A DNA stretch of 64,000 bases from Gemmatimonadota bacterium. GTDB taxonomy: Bacteria; Gemmatimonadota; Gemmatimonadetes; Gemmatimonadales; GWC2-71-9. The notes beneath the pieces are model-generated. The model was not told where the DNA came from and did no database searches. It saw only the letters and a program-made list of their open reading frames with translations. Position numbers and translations under genes: made by a program. Positions 1 to 9,518 of this stretch are shown here, piece after piece. The stretch is taken from positions 2,869 through 66,868 of the forward strand of contig JBDTTF010000285.1 of the NCBI GenBank assembly GCA_039930765.1, read 5' to 3'. Every line of letters begins with the position of its first letter. Position 1 is the stretch's first letter.

Positions 1-1059
1 CAGTCGAACGGCGGTCCCATCCGGGTGGGACTGGCGGTGGGATTGCATGAGGCCGGCACGATCCCGATGAAGCTGGCCGCCGAATTGGCGGTCAAGGAGA
101 TCAACGCCAAGGGCGGGATCAGGGGGCGCCCGCTTGAGCTGGTGGAGCGGGATGATTACTCCAGCGAAGATTCTGCCGTGACCGTGGCCACGGAGATGTA
201 CCAGTCGGATGTGGTGGCGGTCATCGGCGGCGCCTACTCCGGCGCCACCCTGGCGTCGGCCCCGATCTATAACGGCGGCCGCGATCCGCTGGTCCAGCTC
301 AGTCCCTCCGCTTCCGCCACCGCCCTGACCAACGCCGGCCCCTTTACCTTCCGTCTTTGTCCTACCGATCTTGCCTACGGGGCCGCGCTGGCACGCTATG
401 CCGCCGCCAAGGGATTCCGCCGGGCCGCGGTACTCTATGTCAACGATGCCTACGGCCGCGGGGTCAGGGCCACATTCACCGACGAATTCAGCCACGCCGG
501 CGGCACCACGGTTGAACTGGACCCGTTCCAGGCCGATTCGACTGTTGTCGGCCCCTACCTGGCCCGGATCGCGGCCCGGAAGCAGGTGCAGGTCATCCTG
601 CTCGCCGCAAACCAGAATGAGGGGCTCGGGGTACTGGACGCGCTGCGGCGCGCCCGGTTGAACATCCCGATCATCGCCAGCGACGGGATGGTGGGGGCTG
701 AACGCAGCGACCCGGATATGATGGAAGGGATCACGGTCTCCTCGGCCTACCTGATGGGAGATTCAAGCCCGACCAATCAGTCATTTGTGCTGGCCTACTA
801 CACGGCCAATCCCGATGCCGGCCCCCCCGACCAGGGGGCCGCGGCCACTTACGATGCGGTCTATCTGCTGGCGCGGGTCATCGGCGAGGCGGGCACTGAT
901 CGCTCGGCTATCCAGCGGGCCCTGGCCAAGGTGGGCCTCGGTGATTCGGCCTTTGTGGGTGCGGTCGGAACGGTGGCCTTCGACTCGGCCGGCGATGCTC
1001 CGGCTCTCACGGTGCGGATGGGGGTGGCCCGGGGAGGGCTCCTGCTGCCGGCCCAATGA
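1..1059 (+). CDS. Branched-chain amino acid ABC transporter substrate-binding protein (LivK/LivJ-like), 5' end outside window
   Basis: Frame open from base 1 (QSNGGPIRVG...). Motifs LAVKEINAKGGIRGRPLELVERDD, FTFRLCPTD, YDAVYLL, GTVAFD typical of periplasmic binding protein type 1. Confidence 0.85.
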   Translation, partial: QSNGGPIRVGLAVGLHEAGTIPMKLAAELAVKEINAKGGIRGRPLELVERDDYSSEDSAVTVATEMYQSDVVAVIGGAYSGATLASAPIYNGGRDPLVQLSPSASATALTNAGPFTFRLCPTDLAYGAALARYAAAKGFRRAAVLYVNDAYGRGVRATFTDEFSHAGGTTVELDPFQADSTVVGPYLARIAARKQVQVILLAANQNEGLGVLDALRRARLNIPIIASDGMVGAERSDPDMMEGITVSSAYLMGDSSPTNQSFVLAYYTANPDAGPPDQGAAATYDAVYLLARVIGEAGTDRSAIQRALAKVGLGDSAFVGAVGTVAFDSAGDAPALTVRMGVARGGLLLPAQ

Positions 1060-1136
1060 GCCTGGCCGCGGCCATGACCGGCTGAATTTTCCCCGATTCC
1101 CATCGGCGGCCCGTCCAGCTACTTTCCCGCTTCGAG

Positions 1137-1676
1137 ATGCCCACTCGTTCTGCCCTCCTCGATAGTCGCGCGATTGCCCGCGCACTTCACCGCATGGCCT
1201 CCGAAATCGTTGAAAAGTGTCGAGGGACTGACGGGCTGGTGCTCGTCGGGATCCAGCGGCGTGGAGTCCATCTGGCCGGGCGGCTGGCTCGTCTGATCGG
1301 CGAGCGCGAATCCACCACCATCCCGACCGGCAAACTCGATATCACCCTGTATCGTGACGACTTGCAGGCGGTCGGCGCCCGGCCGGTGGTCGGGCCCACC
1401 GAACTGCCGGATCTTGATGGCAAAACCGTGGTCATCATCGACGATGTGCTCTACACCGGCCGGACGGTTCGGGCCGCCCTCGACGAATGCGCCGACTTCG
1501 GCCGGCCGCGGCGGGTGCTGCTCTGTGTGCTGGTTGACCGGGGCGGCCGTGAGCTCCCGATCCAGGCCGATATTGCCGGTACTGTCGTGGCCACCGGTCC
1601 GGAAGACCGGATCGATGTCCAGGTGACCGAACTCGATGACCGGGATGCCGTGGACCTGGTCCGGGGTGCCACCTGA
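1137..1676 (+). CDS. pyrR: Bifunctional pyr operon regulator / uracil phosphoribosyltransferase
   Basis: [46 protein letters not shown] motifs; directly upstream of pyrB. Confidence 0.96.
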   Translation: MPTRSALLDSRAIARALHRMASEIVEKCRGTDGLVLVGIQRRGVHLAGRLARLIGERESTTIPTGKLDITLYRDDLQAVGARPVVGPTELPDLDGKTVVIIDDVLYTGRTVRAALDECADFGRPRRVLLCVLVDRGGRELPIQADIAGTVVATGPEDRIDVQVTELDDRDAVDLVRGAT

Positions 1677-2635
1677 TGGCCCCCACCCTGGCACTCGGCA
1701 AGGACCTCACGGGGCTCGAGCACCTCTCGGCCGAGCAGATCCGCATGATCCTCGATACCGCCGTCCCGTTCAAGGAAGTCAGCGAGCGCCCGATCAAGAA
1801 GGTGCCGGCGCTCCGCGGCAAGACCATCGTCAATCTCTTCTTCGAAGCCTCGACCCGGACCCGGATTTCCTTCGAGTTCGCCGAGAAGCGACTGTCGGCC
1901 GACACGGTGAATGTCGCCACCAGCAGCTCTTCAGTCAGCAAGGGCGAGACCCTGGTTGATACCGCCCGCAACCTCGAAGCGATGCGGATCGATATGGTGG
2001 TCATCCGCCACGGCTCCTCGGGGTCGGCGGAGTTCCTGGGCAAGCGGATCCGCTCCAACGTGATCAACGCCGGTGATGGCCAGCACGAGCACCCGACCCA
2101 GGGGCTGCTCGACCTGCTCACCCTGCGAGATCATTTTGGCCGGATCAAGGGGCTCAAGATTGCCATCTGCGGTGACATCCTCCACAGCCGAGTGGCCCGG
2201 AGCAATATCTGGGGACTGGTCAAGCTCGGGGCGGAGGTTGGCGTCTGTGGCCCGGCCTCGCTGCTGCCACGCGACATCACGGAGCTCGGCGTGACCGTGC
2301 TGCCCCGAATCGAAGATGCCATTCAATGGGCTGATGCTCTCAACGTCCTGCGGCTGCAGCTCGAGCGGATGCAGGCGGGGTTCATCCCGTCCCTGCGGGA
2401 GTACAACCGGGTCTGGGGCGTCAGCCGCGAGCGGCTGAGCCGGGCCGGGCACCCGGTCATGGTCATGCATCCCGGCCCGATGAACCGCGGCGTCGAGATC
2501 GACAGCGATGTCGCGGACGGGGAGCACTCACTGATCCTGGATCAGGTCACCAATGGTGTCGCCGTGCGGATGGCGGTGCTCTACCTGCTGGCGGGCGGGG
2601 CCCCGGACTGGCAACAGGGCGGAGGCCACGAATGA
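1676..2635 (+). CDS. pyrB: Aspartate carbamoyltransferase catalytic subunit
   Basis: [41 protein letters not shown] motifs. Confidence 0.97.
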   Translation: MAPTLALGKDLTGLEHLSAEQIRMILDTAVPFKEVSERPIKKVPALRGKTIVNLFFEASTRTRISFEFAEKRLSADTVNVATSSSSVSKGETLVDTARNLEAMRIDMVVIRHGSSGSAEFLGKRIRSNVINAGDGQHEHPTQGLLDLLTLRDHFGRIKGLKIAICGDILHSRVARSNIWGLVKLGAEVGVCGPASLLPRDITELGVTVLPRIEDAIQWADALNVLRLQLERMQAGFIPSLREYNRVWGVSRERLSRAGHPVMVMHPGPMNRGVEIDSDVADGEHSLILDQVTNGVAVRMAVLYLLAGGAPDWQQGGGHE

Positions 2636-3918
2636 GCGTACCCGTACTATTCCGCGGTGGCCGCGTCATCGATCCATCCCGTGGCACCGATGGCACTGCG
2701 GACCTGCTGGTGGTGGATGGCCGGATTGCTGGCGTCGGTCACAACATCACCCCGCCAACCGATGCCGAAATCCACGATATCCCCGGCATGGTCGTGGGGC
2801 CAGGGCTGATTGATCTGCACGTCCATCTTCGGGAGCCCGGCCAGGAAGACCTCGAAACTGTCGCCACCGGTGCCATGGCTGCGGCGGCCGGCGGGTTCAC
2901 CGCCGTCTGCGCCATGCCGAACACCGATCCGGTCACTGACAACCAGGCCACGGTCGGCTTCATCGTTCGGCAGTCGATGCGCGCGGCCAAGGCCCGGGTG
3001 TATCCGATTGGCGCCGTGACGCTGGGCCAGCAGGGTGAAAAGCTCTCGGAGTTCGGCGAAATGGTCGGGGCAGGAGCGGTGGCCGTGAGCGATGACGGCA
3101 AGCCGGTGGCCTCGAGTCACATGATGCGGACCGCGCTGGAGTACGCCCGGACTTTCAATATTCCGGTGGCGGACCATTGCGAGGACATGTCGCTGGCCGC
3201 CGGTGGCGCCATGCATGAGGGGATCATCTCCACCCGGCTCGGCCTCAAGGGAATTCCGGCGGCGGCCGAGGAGATCATGGTGGCGCGGGACATCATTCTG
3301 GCAGAATTGACCGGCGGTCATGTCCATCTCTGCCACATGTCGACCAGAGGGTCGGTGGAGTTGATCCGCCGCGGCAAGGACAAGGGGATCAACGTCACCG
3401 CCGAGGCCACTCCGCATCATTTCAGCCTGACCCATCAGGCCTGCGAGGGATACCACACCAACGCCAAGATGAACCCGCCGCTCCGCGAGGATGCGGACCG
3501 GGAGGCTATCAGGCAGGCGCTGAAGGATGGGACCATCGACGTGGTGGCCAGCGATCACGCTCCGCACGGCTATGACGCCAAGGAACGGGAATTTGACCAG
3601 GCTCCGAACGGCATCCTGGGACTGGAAACTGCCCTCGGCTTGGCCATCACCGAACTCATTGTCCCTGGTATTCTTACGATGCCTCAGCTAATGTTAAGGA
3701 TGAGCACGACAGCGGCCCGGATCTTCGGGCTGCCAGGTGGGACCTTGTCGGCCGGAGCGCCAGCGGATCTGGTCATCTTCGACCCGGCCGCGGTCTGGAC
3801 GGTCGAGCCGAGCCGGTTCTACTCGAAGAGCCGAAATACTCCGTTCGGCGGGCGGCAGCTGACCGGACGAGTTGAGTGGACCCTGGTCGGCGGTAGGACG
3901 GTCTATCGGCGGAGCTGA
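2632..3918 (+). CDS. pyrC: Dihydroorotase (multifunctional complex type)
   Basis: [36 protein letters not shown] motifs; follows pyrB. Confidence 0.96.
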   Translation: MSVPVLFRGGRVIDPSRGTDGTADLLVVDGRIAGVGHNITPPTDAEIHDIPGMVVGPGLIDLHVHLREPGQEDLETVATGAMAAAAGGFTAVCAMPNTDPVTDNQATVGFIVRQSMRAAKARVYPIGAVTLGQQGEKLSEFGEMVGAGAVAVSDDGKPVASSHMMRTALEYARTFNIPVADHCEDMSLAAGGAMHEGIISTRLGLKGIPAAAEEIMVARDIILAELTGGHVHLCHMSTRGSVELIRRGKDKGINVTAEATPHHFSLTHQACEGYHTNAKMNPPLREDADREAIRQALKDGTIDVVASDHAPHGYDAKEREFDQAPNGILGLETALGLAITELIVPGILTMPQLMLRMSTTAARIFGLPGGTLSAGAPADLVIFDPAAVWTVEPSRFYSKSRNTPFGGRQLTGRVEWTLVGGRTVYRRS

Positions 3919-4038
3919 TCTGGGGCCATTCGGGGCCCCCGTACAATTCCCATAGAGCCAAGAGGCCATTACACTTACCTCAACCGGCGCAGGGCTCTTT
4001 TCCGGCGAGGCTCGAACGGCAACGAGGGAGATCCACCC

Positions 4039-5163
4039 ATGGCCAAGTCTCACGCCCCCGAGGGAAATCCCATCGAATCGCTCCTGGCGGAGCGAGCCCA
4101 ATTCCTCAACTGGCTGGCGCGTCTCGACGCGACCGGTGAGGGGGGCGGTGCCGTGCCCGAATCAGTCCGGGTCCGGGTCCGGGCAGACTATGAGGCTCGT
4201 CTCGACGCCGTGGTGGACCAGCTCCGAGGTCACGCGGCTAGTATTGCCGAGCAGCTGGACGCCCTCCGGGCCCGCCGGGCCGATCTTTCCAATCGCGAAT
4301 CGCTGGCCAGGGAACGAATGGCGGAGGCCGAAGTCCGCCACGCGGTCGGTGAATTCGATGAAGCCAAGTGGCAGGAAATTCGTGGTGAGCAGACCAAGAT
4401 TCTTTCCACCACTCGTGATGAACTGGTTCGGACCACGACCGAGATCGACCGGCTGACCGAAGTTCAGATTCTGGTAATGGCCCCCACGCACCATGCGCCG
4501 GAACCCGAACCGGAGCTCGAGGCCGAGCCGGAACCGGAGCCAATGCCACTGCCTCGGCTCATGGAGCGGCCGCTGCCGTCCCGGGAGCCGCTGGTTCCCC
4601 CGGTCACCGCGCCAATTCCCGCCGTCATGGTGGACATTCCGCCGCTCAATCTCGATCTGGGTACCCCGTCGAGTGCGGCGAGCACCGCGGCCGAGGCGGA
4701 AGCCGCCGCTGCCAGCGCCGCTCGACGGGTCAGCCGGGCAACGCCCAAGCGCGAAGATTTGCAGCCCCCGGTGCGGACCGAGTGGATCCCCAGCGAAAAG
4801 CCGGGCCGCAACCCGGCTCCCAAGCTCGATGAACTGGCCTTCCTCAAGTCGGTGGCACCCGAAAAGCCGATGCCGAAGCGGCCCAGCGGTGGACTGCCGC
4901 GTCCGCCAGAGGTCATGCCGCCGGCGCCGCCGGTGGTCCCGGAGCGAGCCTCCACCGAAGGCATGTCCGGGATTACCCGGGCCGATCCGTTTGCCTCCAA
5001 GAGCCAGCCGGCCATTCCCGATGGCCCGCCTCAGCAGCCGGCACCGGCGGGTCGGCCGAGCCAGGCGGCGCCCAAGACGCTCAAGTGCGGCGAATGTGGC
5101 ACCCTCAACCGGCCGACTGAGTGGTATTGTGAGCGGTGCGGGGCGGAGCTTGCTGCGCTCTAG
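4039..5163 (+). CDS. Hypothetical protein: N-terminal coiled coil, Pro/Glu-rich disordered linker, C-terminal Zn ribbon
   Basis: GGAG SD before ATG. Heptad-like helical N-terminus, PEPEPE/Pro-rich middle, C-terminal CGECGTLNRPTEWYCERCG. Confidence 0.8.
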   Translation: MAKSHAPEGNPIESLLAERAQFLNWLARLDATGEGGGAVPESVRVRVRADYEARLDAVVDQLRGHAASIAEQLDALRARRADLSNRESLARERMAEAEVRHAVGEFDEAKWQEIRGEQTKILSTTRDELVRTTTEIDRLTEVQILVMAPTHHAPEPEPELEAEPEPEPMPLPRLMERPLPSREPLVPPVTAPIPAVMVDIPPLNLDLGTPSSAASTAAEAEAAAASAARRVSRATPKREDLQPPVRTEWIPSEKPGRNPAPKLDELAFLKSVAPEKPMPKRPSGGLPRPPEVMPPAPPVVPERASTEGMSGITRADPFASKSQPAIPDGPPQQPAPAGRPSQAAPKTLKCGECGTLNRPTEWYCERCGAELAAL

Positions 5164-5167
5164 CGGC

Positions 5168-5274
5168 CAGCCGTAAGCCATAAACTCGGTGGAATAGCCA
5201 AAGACCCTCCGGTGCAGTGCGCATCGGAGGGTCGAATTATTTTTGAACGGCTTACGGCTTACGGCTTACGGCTA
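5168..5274. repeat. Heptamer-arm inverted-repeat element (AAGCCGT/ACGGCTT) enclosing a hairpin
   Basis: Left AGCCGTAAGCCATA (5169-5182); right (ACGGCTT)x3 then ACGGCTA (5247-5274). Confidence 0.8.
5203..5244 (+). terminator. Probable intrinsic terminator between convergent genes
   Basis: GACCCTCCGGTGC (5203-5215) pairs with GCATCGGAGGGTC (5221-5233, one G-U), followed by GAATTATTTTT. Confidence 0.65.
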
Positions 5275-5520
5275 TTTCTTCAAGCCCTTGGCCAGCCGGC
5301 TCTTGGTCCGCGAGGCCACGTTGCGGTGGATCAGGTTCTTGCGTCCCGCCCGGTCCAGCATGGCGGAGGCGGTCTTGTACGCCGCTTCGGCTTCAGCCGG
5401 GGTCGTGGCGGAGCGGACCTTCTTGATGGCGGTGCGGAGCTGGCTGCGCTGAGCGCGGTTGCGCTCGGTGGATGCCTTGCTCTGGCGCAGGCGCTTCTTG
5501 GCTGATTTGATCCGGGGCAC
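5272..5520 (-). CDS. rpsT: 30S ribosomal protein S20
   Basis: GTG start with upstream GAGG; PRIKSAKKRLRQ...RTAIKK...DRAGRKNLIHRNVASRTKSRL. Confidence 0.96.
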   Translation of the reverse strand: MPRIKSAKKRLRQSKASTERNRAQRSQLRTAIKKVRSATTPAEAEAAYKTASAMLDRAGRKNLIHRNVASRTKSRLAKGLKK

Positions 5521-5577
5521 GCGGTACCTCGTGTAGGAGCATCGGGCCGGCCAGGGAGCCCGGCCAATGGAGCGCAA

Positions 5578-5606
5578 ATTGTAGACGGAGACGCGCCCAA
5601 CGTCAA
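5578..5606 (-). promoter_or_regulatory. Sigma70-type promoter for rpsT
   Basis: Minus strand TTGACG (5606-5601)-N17-TACAAT (5583-5578). Confidence 0.8.
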
Positions 5607-5619
5607 GCGGGCCAGCGTT

Positions 5620-5648
5620 TTGACTTGCCTCAGGCCAAGGATTAACTT
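5620..5648 (+). promoter_or_regulatory. Sigma70-type promoter for the M50-scpAB-rluB-bat run
   Basis: TTGACT (5620-5625)-N17-TAACTT (5643-5648). Confidence 0.75.
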
Positions 5649-5699
5649 TTCCCGGCCTTTCGCCCCGGATCGTCCCTCCTGACTGATTTCATTCTTCTA

Positions 5700-6371
5700 A
5701 TGCCGGTGCTGGTTTTTTCACTGGTGGCGCACGAATACGCCCACGGATACGCGGCGTTGCAGCAGGGAGACGATACGGCCTACATGCTGGGGCGGCTGAC
5801 CTTCAATCCGCTGCCCCACATCGATCCCTGGATGTCGATCCTGATGCCGGCGCTGCTGTTCTTTGTGGCCGGCCCCGGTTTCGTGTTCGGTGGCGCCAAG
5901 CCGATTCCGGTGGTCACCCGCAAGTTCCGCAATTACCGTCGGGGCGACCTGATCGTGAGCTCGGCCGGCGTAGCGACGAACCTGGTGCTGGCCGGCTGCT
6001 TCACACTGGCATTTGCCGCGATCGGGCTGGTCGGCCAGGCTCTCCCCGACTTGACGACGGGGCTCGGGGTGGTACAGCGGATGACCGTCTGGGGTATCCA
6101 GATCAACCTGCTGCTCTGTGTATTCAATCTGATTCCGATTCCGCCACTGGATGGCTCCAAGATCCTGTACCACTTCCTGCCCCCCGGACTCGGGGCGCAG
6201 TATCGCAGTCTCGAACGATATGGTTTCCTGATCCTGCTCCTGATGCTGTATCTGCTCCGGCCGCTGTTCGCGCTGCTGCTCACCCCGGCAACATGGATGC
6301 TCGACGTGCTGCTCAACCTGGTGGTGCCCCACTTCGCGCTGGGCGACAGCTGGAACATCTTCACCCGATGA
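5700..6371 (+). CDS. Site-2 protease family (M50) membrane zinc metalloprotease
   Basis: HEYAH zinc motif, GDDTA..GRLTFNP, FNLIPIPPLDG. Start may be the in-frame CTG at 5679. Confidence 0.92.
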   Translation: MPVLVFSLVAHEYAHGYAALQQGDDTAYMLGRLTFNPLPHIDPWMSILMPALLFFVAGPGFVFGGAKPIPVVTRKFRNYRRGDLIVSSAGVATNLVLAGCFTLAFAAIGLVGQALPDLTTGLGVVQRMTVWGIQINLLLCVFNLIPIPPLDGSKILYHFLPPGLGAQYRSLERYGFLILLLMLYLLRPLFALLLTPATWMLDVLLNLVVPHFALGDSWNIFTR

Positions 6372-7117
6372 CTGCCGCCTTTTCCCCGACCACGGTGGCC
6401 CTCGGCGCCGATCCCGGCTTCGTGGTCCAGCTGGATGCCTTCAATGGCCCGCTGGACCTGCTGCTGCACCTGCTGCGTGAGGAGCAGCTGGACATTTCGG
6501 ACATCCCGATTGCCCGGATCGCGGATCAGTTCCTCCAGGCCATCCATACTCTGGGCCTCAACCAGGCCGCCGATTATCTCGAAATGGCGGGCCGGCTGCT
6601 GCGGCTCAAGGCGCAGATGCTGCTGCCCCGGCGCTTCGACGACGATGGCTGGGAGGATCCGCGTCACGAACTGGTCCGGCGGCTGCTGGAGTACCAGCAG
6701 ATTCGCGAGATCGCCGGCTGGATGGAGCGGGCCGTCGACCGGCGGGCGGATCGGTATGTCCGCGGCTACCTGCCGCCGCCGCCCTCGCTGCCGCCACCGC
6801 CGCTGACCCTCGATCTCCTCGAGCTTATCGCCGCGGTCGAGGTGGTCATTTCGGAAATTCGCCATCCGGTATTGCACCGGGTGGTGGCCCGGCCGCTCGA
6901 CGTGGAGGGCGCCACCCTCCGGATCGAAGCGCTGCTGCTCGACCACGAGGAGATCAGCTGGCGCCAGGCCCTGGGCCCGGCGCCGACCATCGTGGATCTG
7001 CTCTCGACGCTGCTGGCGCTGCTGGAACTGGCGCGCCGCGGTACACTCCGTCTCGCTCAACCGGCGCCGTTCGCGCCTCTGGTCATTGCCCGTGACGCCA
7101 CTCGCACAGCTGATTGA
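6368..7117 (+). CDS. scpA: Segregation and condensation protein A
   Basis: FNGPLDLLLHL, DIPIARIADQF, LRLKAQMLLP, ELVRRLLEYQ, LALLEL; ATGA overlap with the upstream stop. Confidence 0.92.
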   Translation: MTAAFSPTTVALGADPGFVVQLDAFNGPLDLLLHLLREEQLDISDIPIARIADQFLQAIHTLGLNQAADYLEMAGRLLRLKAQMLLPRRFDDDGWEDPRHELVRRLLEYQQIREIAGWMERAVDRRADRYVRGYLPPPPSLPPPPLTLDLLELIAAVEVVISEIRHPVLHRVVARPLDVEGATLRIEALLLDHEEISWRQALGPAPTIVDLLSTLLALLELARRGTLRLAQPAPFAPLVIARDATRTAD

Positions 7118-7673
7118 AGCCGCGCTGTTCTCCGCCGCCCGTCCGTTGACGGCCGAGGAGCTGCAGACTCTCGATGCCGACGCCGGCCTGGCCGACGTCC
7201 GCACCGCGCTCGACGAACTCAGGGAACATTACGACTTCGACGGCCACTCAGTCGAGGTGTCGGAGATTGCCGGGGGGTACCAGATCCTGACCCGGGCGGC
7301 ATTCGCGGCCGCCATCGAGCGGGCCCAGTTCGCGATCCGTACGCCCAAGCTCAGCAGCGCCGCGCTCGAGACGCTGGCGGTGATCTCGTATCGCCAGCCA
7401 GTCGGACGGGCCGAGGTCGAGGAGATTCGCGGGGTATCGGCCGGCGGAGTGCTGCGGACCCTGCAGGAGCGCAGCCTGATCGAAGTCGTCGGTCGGAGCG
7501 AGCAGCTGGGACGGCCACTGTTGTACGGCACCACCTCGATGTTCCTCGAACTGCTGGGGCTCGGAGACTTGAACGACCTGCCGAGGGCCGAGGAACTGAC
7601 CATCGCGCTGGAACCGCCCAAGCCGGCGATCCCTGAACCGGATGCCGCCGCGTCGGTCCTGGCCGAATCGTGA
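7092..7673 (+). CDS. scpB: Segregation and condensation protein B
   Basis: IEAALF, LSSAALETLAVISYRQPV, IRGV, GRPLLYGTT..FL..GL..L.DLP. Start is GTG 7092 or TTG 7086. Confidence 0.95.
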   Translation: MTPLAQLIEAALFSAARPLTAEELQTLDADAGLADVRTALDELREHYDFDGHSVEVSEIAGGYQILTRAAFAAAIERAQFAIRTPKLSSAALETLAVISYRQPVGRAEVEEIRGVSAGGVLRTLQERSLIEVVGRSEQLGRPLLYGTTSMFLELLGLGDLNDLPRAEELTIALEPPKPAIPEPDAAASVLAES

Positions 7674-8461
7674 GCGAAATGCGATTGCAGCGGGCGCTGG
7701 CGCAGGCCGGTGTCGCCAGCCGGCGCGCGGCCGAAACGCTGATCACCGAGGGCAAGGTCCGGGTCGATGGCAAGGTGGCCACCCTCGGCTCCAAGGTTGA
7801 TCCGGCCCGGCAGAGCATCATCGTCTCGGGCCGAAAGCTCACCAAGCTGCGCCGCCGCTGGCTGGCCTTTCACAAGCCGATGGGGGTCGTCACTACCGCC
7901 AGCGATGAGCAGGGACGGCGCACCGTGTTCGACCTGATCGAAGATCCCACCGGACTGACCTACGTCGGCCGGCTCGATGTCATGACCACCGGACTGCTGC
8001 TCCTGACCTCCGACGGCGATGCGGTGCACCGGCTGACCCATCCCAAGTTCCGGGTGGAGCGGAGTTACACCGCGCTGGTGCACGGCAAGTCGACCAGCGA
8101 GCTCGAGCAGCTGGTGAAGCAGAAGATCATGGTCGATGGCCGGCCGGTGGTGCCGATCCGGGTCAGGATCCGGCCCGGTGATGCCGGCCGGAGCATTCTC
8201 GACGTGACACTGACCGAGGGGCGCAACCGTATCGTCCGGCGCTGGTGCGAGGAGATGGGCCTCAAGGTGGAACGGCTGGCCCGGTTGTCGTATGGGCCGG
8301 TGCGGCTGGGAGATCTTCCGGTGGGCCGTTCCCGACCGCTGACTCCCGGCGAGGAAAAAGCGCTGTATGCCGCCGTTCGTCTGACCCCGGAACCGGAGGG
8401 TGATCTGCCCAGGTCCTCGACTCGCAAGAAACCCAGTGCACCGCGCCGGGCCCGGGCATGA
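7670..8461 (+). CDS. rluB: rRNA pseudouridine synthase (RsuA/RluB family) with S4 domain
   Basis: RLQRALAQAGVASRR S4 start, HKPMGVVT, VGRLD catalytic motif, EGRNR; follows scpB. Confidence 0.88.
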   Translation: MSEMRLQRALAQAGVASRRAAETLITEGKVRVDGKVATLGSKVDPARQSIIVSGRKLTKLRRRWLAFHKPMGVVTTASDEQGRRTVFDLIEDPTGLTYVGRLDVMTTGLLLLTSDGDAVHRLTHPKFRVERSYTALVHGKSTSELEQLVKQKIMVDGRPVVPIRVRIRPGDAGRSILDVTLTEGRNRIVRRWCEEMGLKVERLARLSYGPVRLGDLPVGRSRPLTPGEEKALYAAVRLTPEPEGDLPRSSTRKKPSAPRRARA

Positions 8462-9441
8462 CCGCGCGACCATCGAGCCCGGCCAAGGCCATCGACCCCG
8501 CGCCGATCCAGGCCGTCATCCGTGAAGCCGGCCGACGGATTGTCGGCCAGGACATCATGATCGAGCGGCTGCTGGTCGGCATGCTGACCGGCGGTCACAT
8601 CCTGCTCGAAGGGGTGCCGGGCCTGGCCAAGACCCTGGCGGTGCGCACCCTGGCCGAGATCATCGAGGCCAGCTTTTCGCGGATCCAGTTCACCCCCGAC
8701 CTGCTACCGGCCGACGTGATCGGGACCATGATCTTCGACCAGCGGACCCAGGACTTCCGGGTCAAGAAGGGACCGCTGTTCGCCAACATCATCCTGGCCG
8801 ACGAAATCAACCGGGCACCGGCCAAGGTCCAGTCGGCCCTGCTCGAGGCCATGCAGGAAAAGCAGGTCACCATCGGCGGCATCACCTTTCCGCTTGAAGA
8901 ACCGTTCCTGGTCCTGGCCACCCAGAACCCGATCGAGAGCGAGGGCACTTATCCGCTGCCCGAGGCCCAGCTCGACCGGTTCATGCTCAAGATCCGGATC
9001 ACCTATCCCAGCCGCGACGAGGAAAAGGAAGTGCTGGTCCGGCGCTCCGGCACGGAAGAGAGTCCGGTGCAGCGATTGCTGAGCCCGGCCACGATCCTGG
9101 GCCTGCGGAGCGCCATCGCCGGCCTGTTCATGGACCAGAAGATCGTCGATTACATCGTGGACCTGGTCCGGGCCACCCGGGATCCCGGACTGGTCGGCCT
9201 GACCCAGCTCAAGCCGCTGGTGGCCTTTGGCGGCTCGCCGCGGGCCTCGATTGCGCTGGCCCAGGCAGCCCGGGCTCACGCCTTTTTGCGGGGCCGGGCC
9301 TACGTGGTGCCCGAGGACGTGCGGGCCCTGGCCCCGGACGTGCTGCGTCACCGGGTGGTGCTTACCTTCGAGGCCGAGGCGGAGCAGATGGATAGTGATG
9401 CCGTCATCTCGAAAATCCTCGCTGCGCTTCCGAGTCCGTAG
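8458..9441 (+). CDS. moxR: MoxR-family AAA+ ATPase
   Basis: [11 protein letters not shown]alker [44 protein letters not shown]. Confidence 0.95.
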   Translation: MTARPSSPAKAIDPAPIQAVIREAGRRIVGQDIMIERLLVGMLTGGHILLEGVPGLAKTLAVRTLAEIIEASFSRIQFTPDLLPADVIGTMIFDQRTQDFRVKKGPLFANIILADEINRAPAKVQSALLEAMQEKQVTIGGITFPLEEPFLVLATQNPIESEGTYPLPEAQLDRFMLKIRITYPSRDEEKEVLVRRSGTEESPVQRLLSPATILGLRSAIAGLFMDQKIVDYIVDLVRATRDPGLVGLTQLKPLVAFGGSPRASIALAQAARAHAFLRGRAYVVPEDVRALAPDVLRHRVVLTFEAEAEQMDSDAVISKILAALPSP

Positions 9442-9445
9442 CTCT

Positions 9446-9507
9446 GGTTCCGGGTTCCGGGTTCCGGGGTGATTCCCGGCGCCACCCGGAACCCGGTACC
9501 CGGAACC
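9446..9507. repeat. Heptamer-arm inverted-repeat element (GGTTCCG)x3 / (CGGAACC)x3
   Basis: Near-perfect hairpin; one mismatch in the heptamer arms (T9497). Confidence 0.9.
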
Positions 9508-9518
9508 GTTTTCCTCCC

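Noticed and set aside
2647..3567. Long antisense and alternate-frame ORFs (e.g. 2647-3567, 34766-36208, 40652-42331, 45269-46927, 52678-54351)
   Set aside because: They lie opposite well-supported genes and have no recognisable motifs; they are expected shadow ORFs of high-GC3 codon usage.
3672..3699. Possible dif site (TAATGTTAAGG resembles the XerD arm TTATGTTAAAT)
   Set aside because: Only 8/11 match, no credible XerC arm, and it lies inside pyrC coding sequence.
3919..4038. Possible riboswitch in the leader of the 4039 gene
   Set aside because: Only short stems (AGAGCC/GGCTCT, GGGGCC/GGCCCC); no aptamer consensus that I can recognise.
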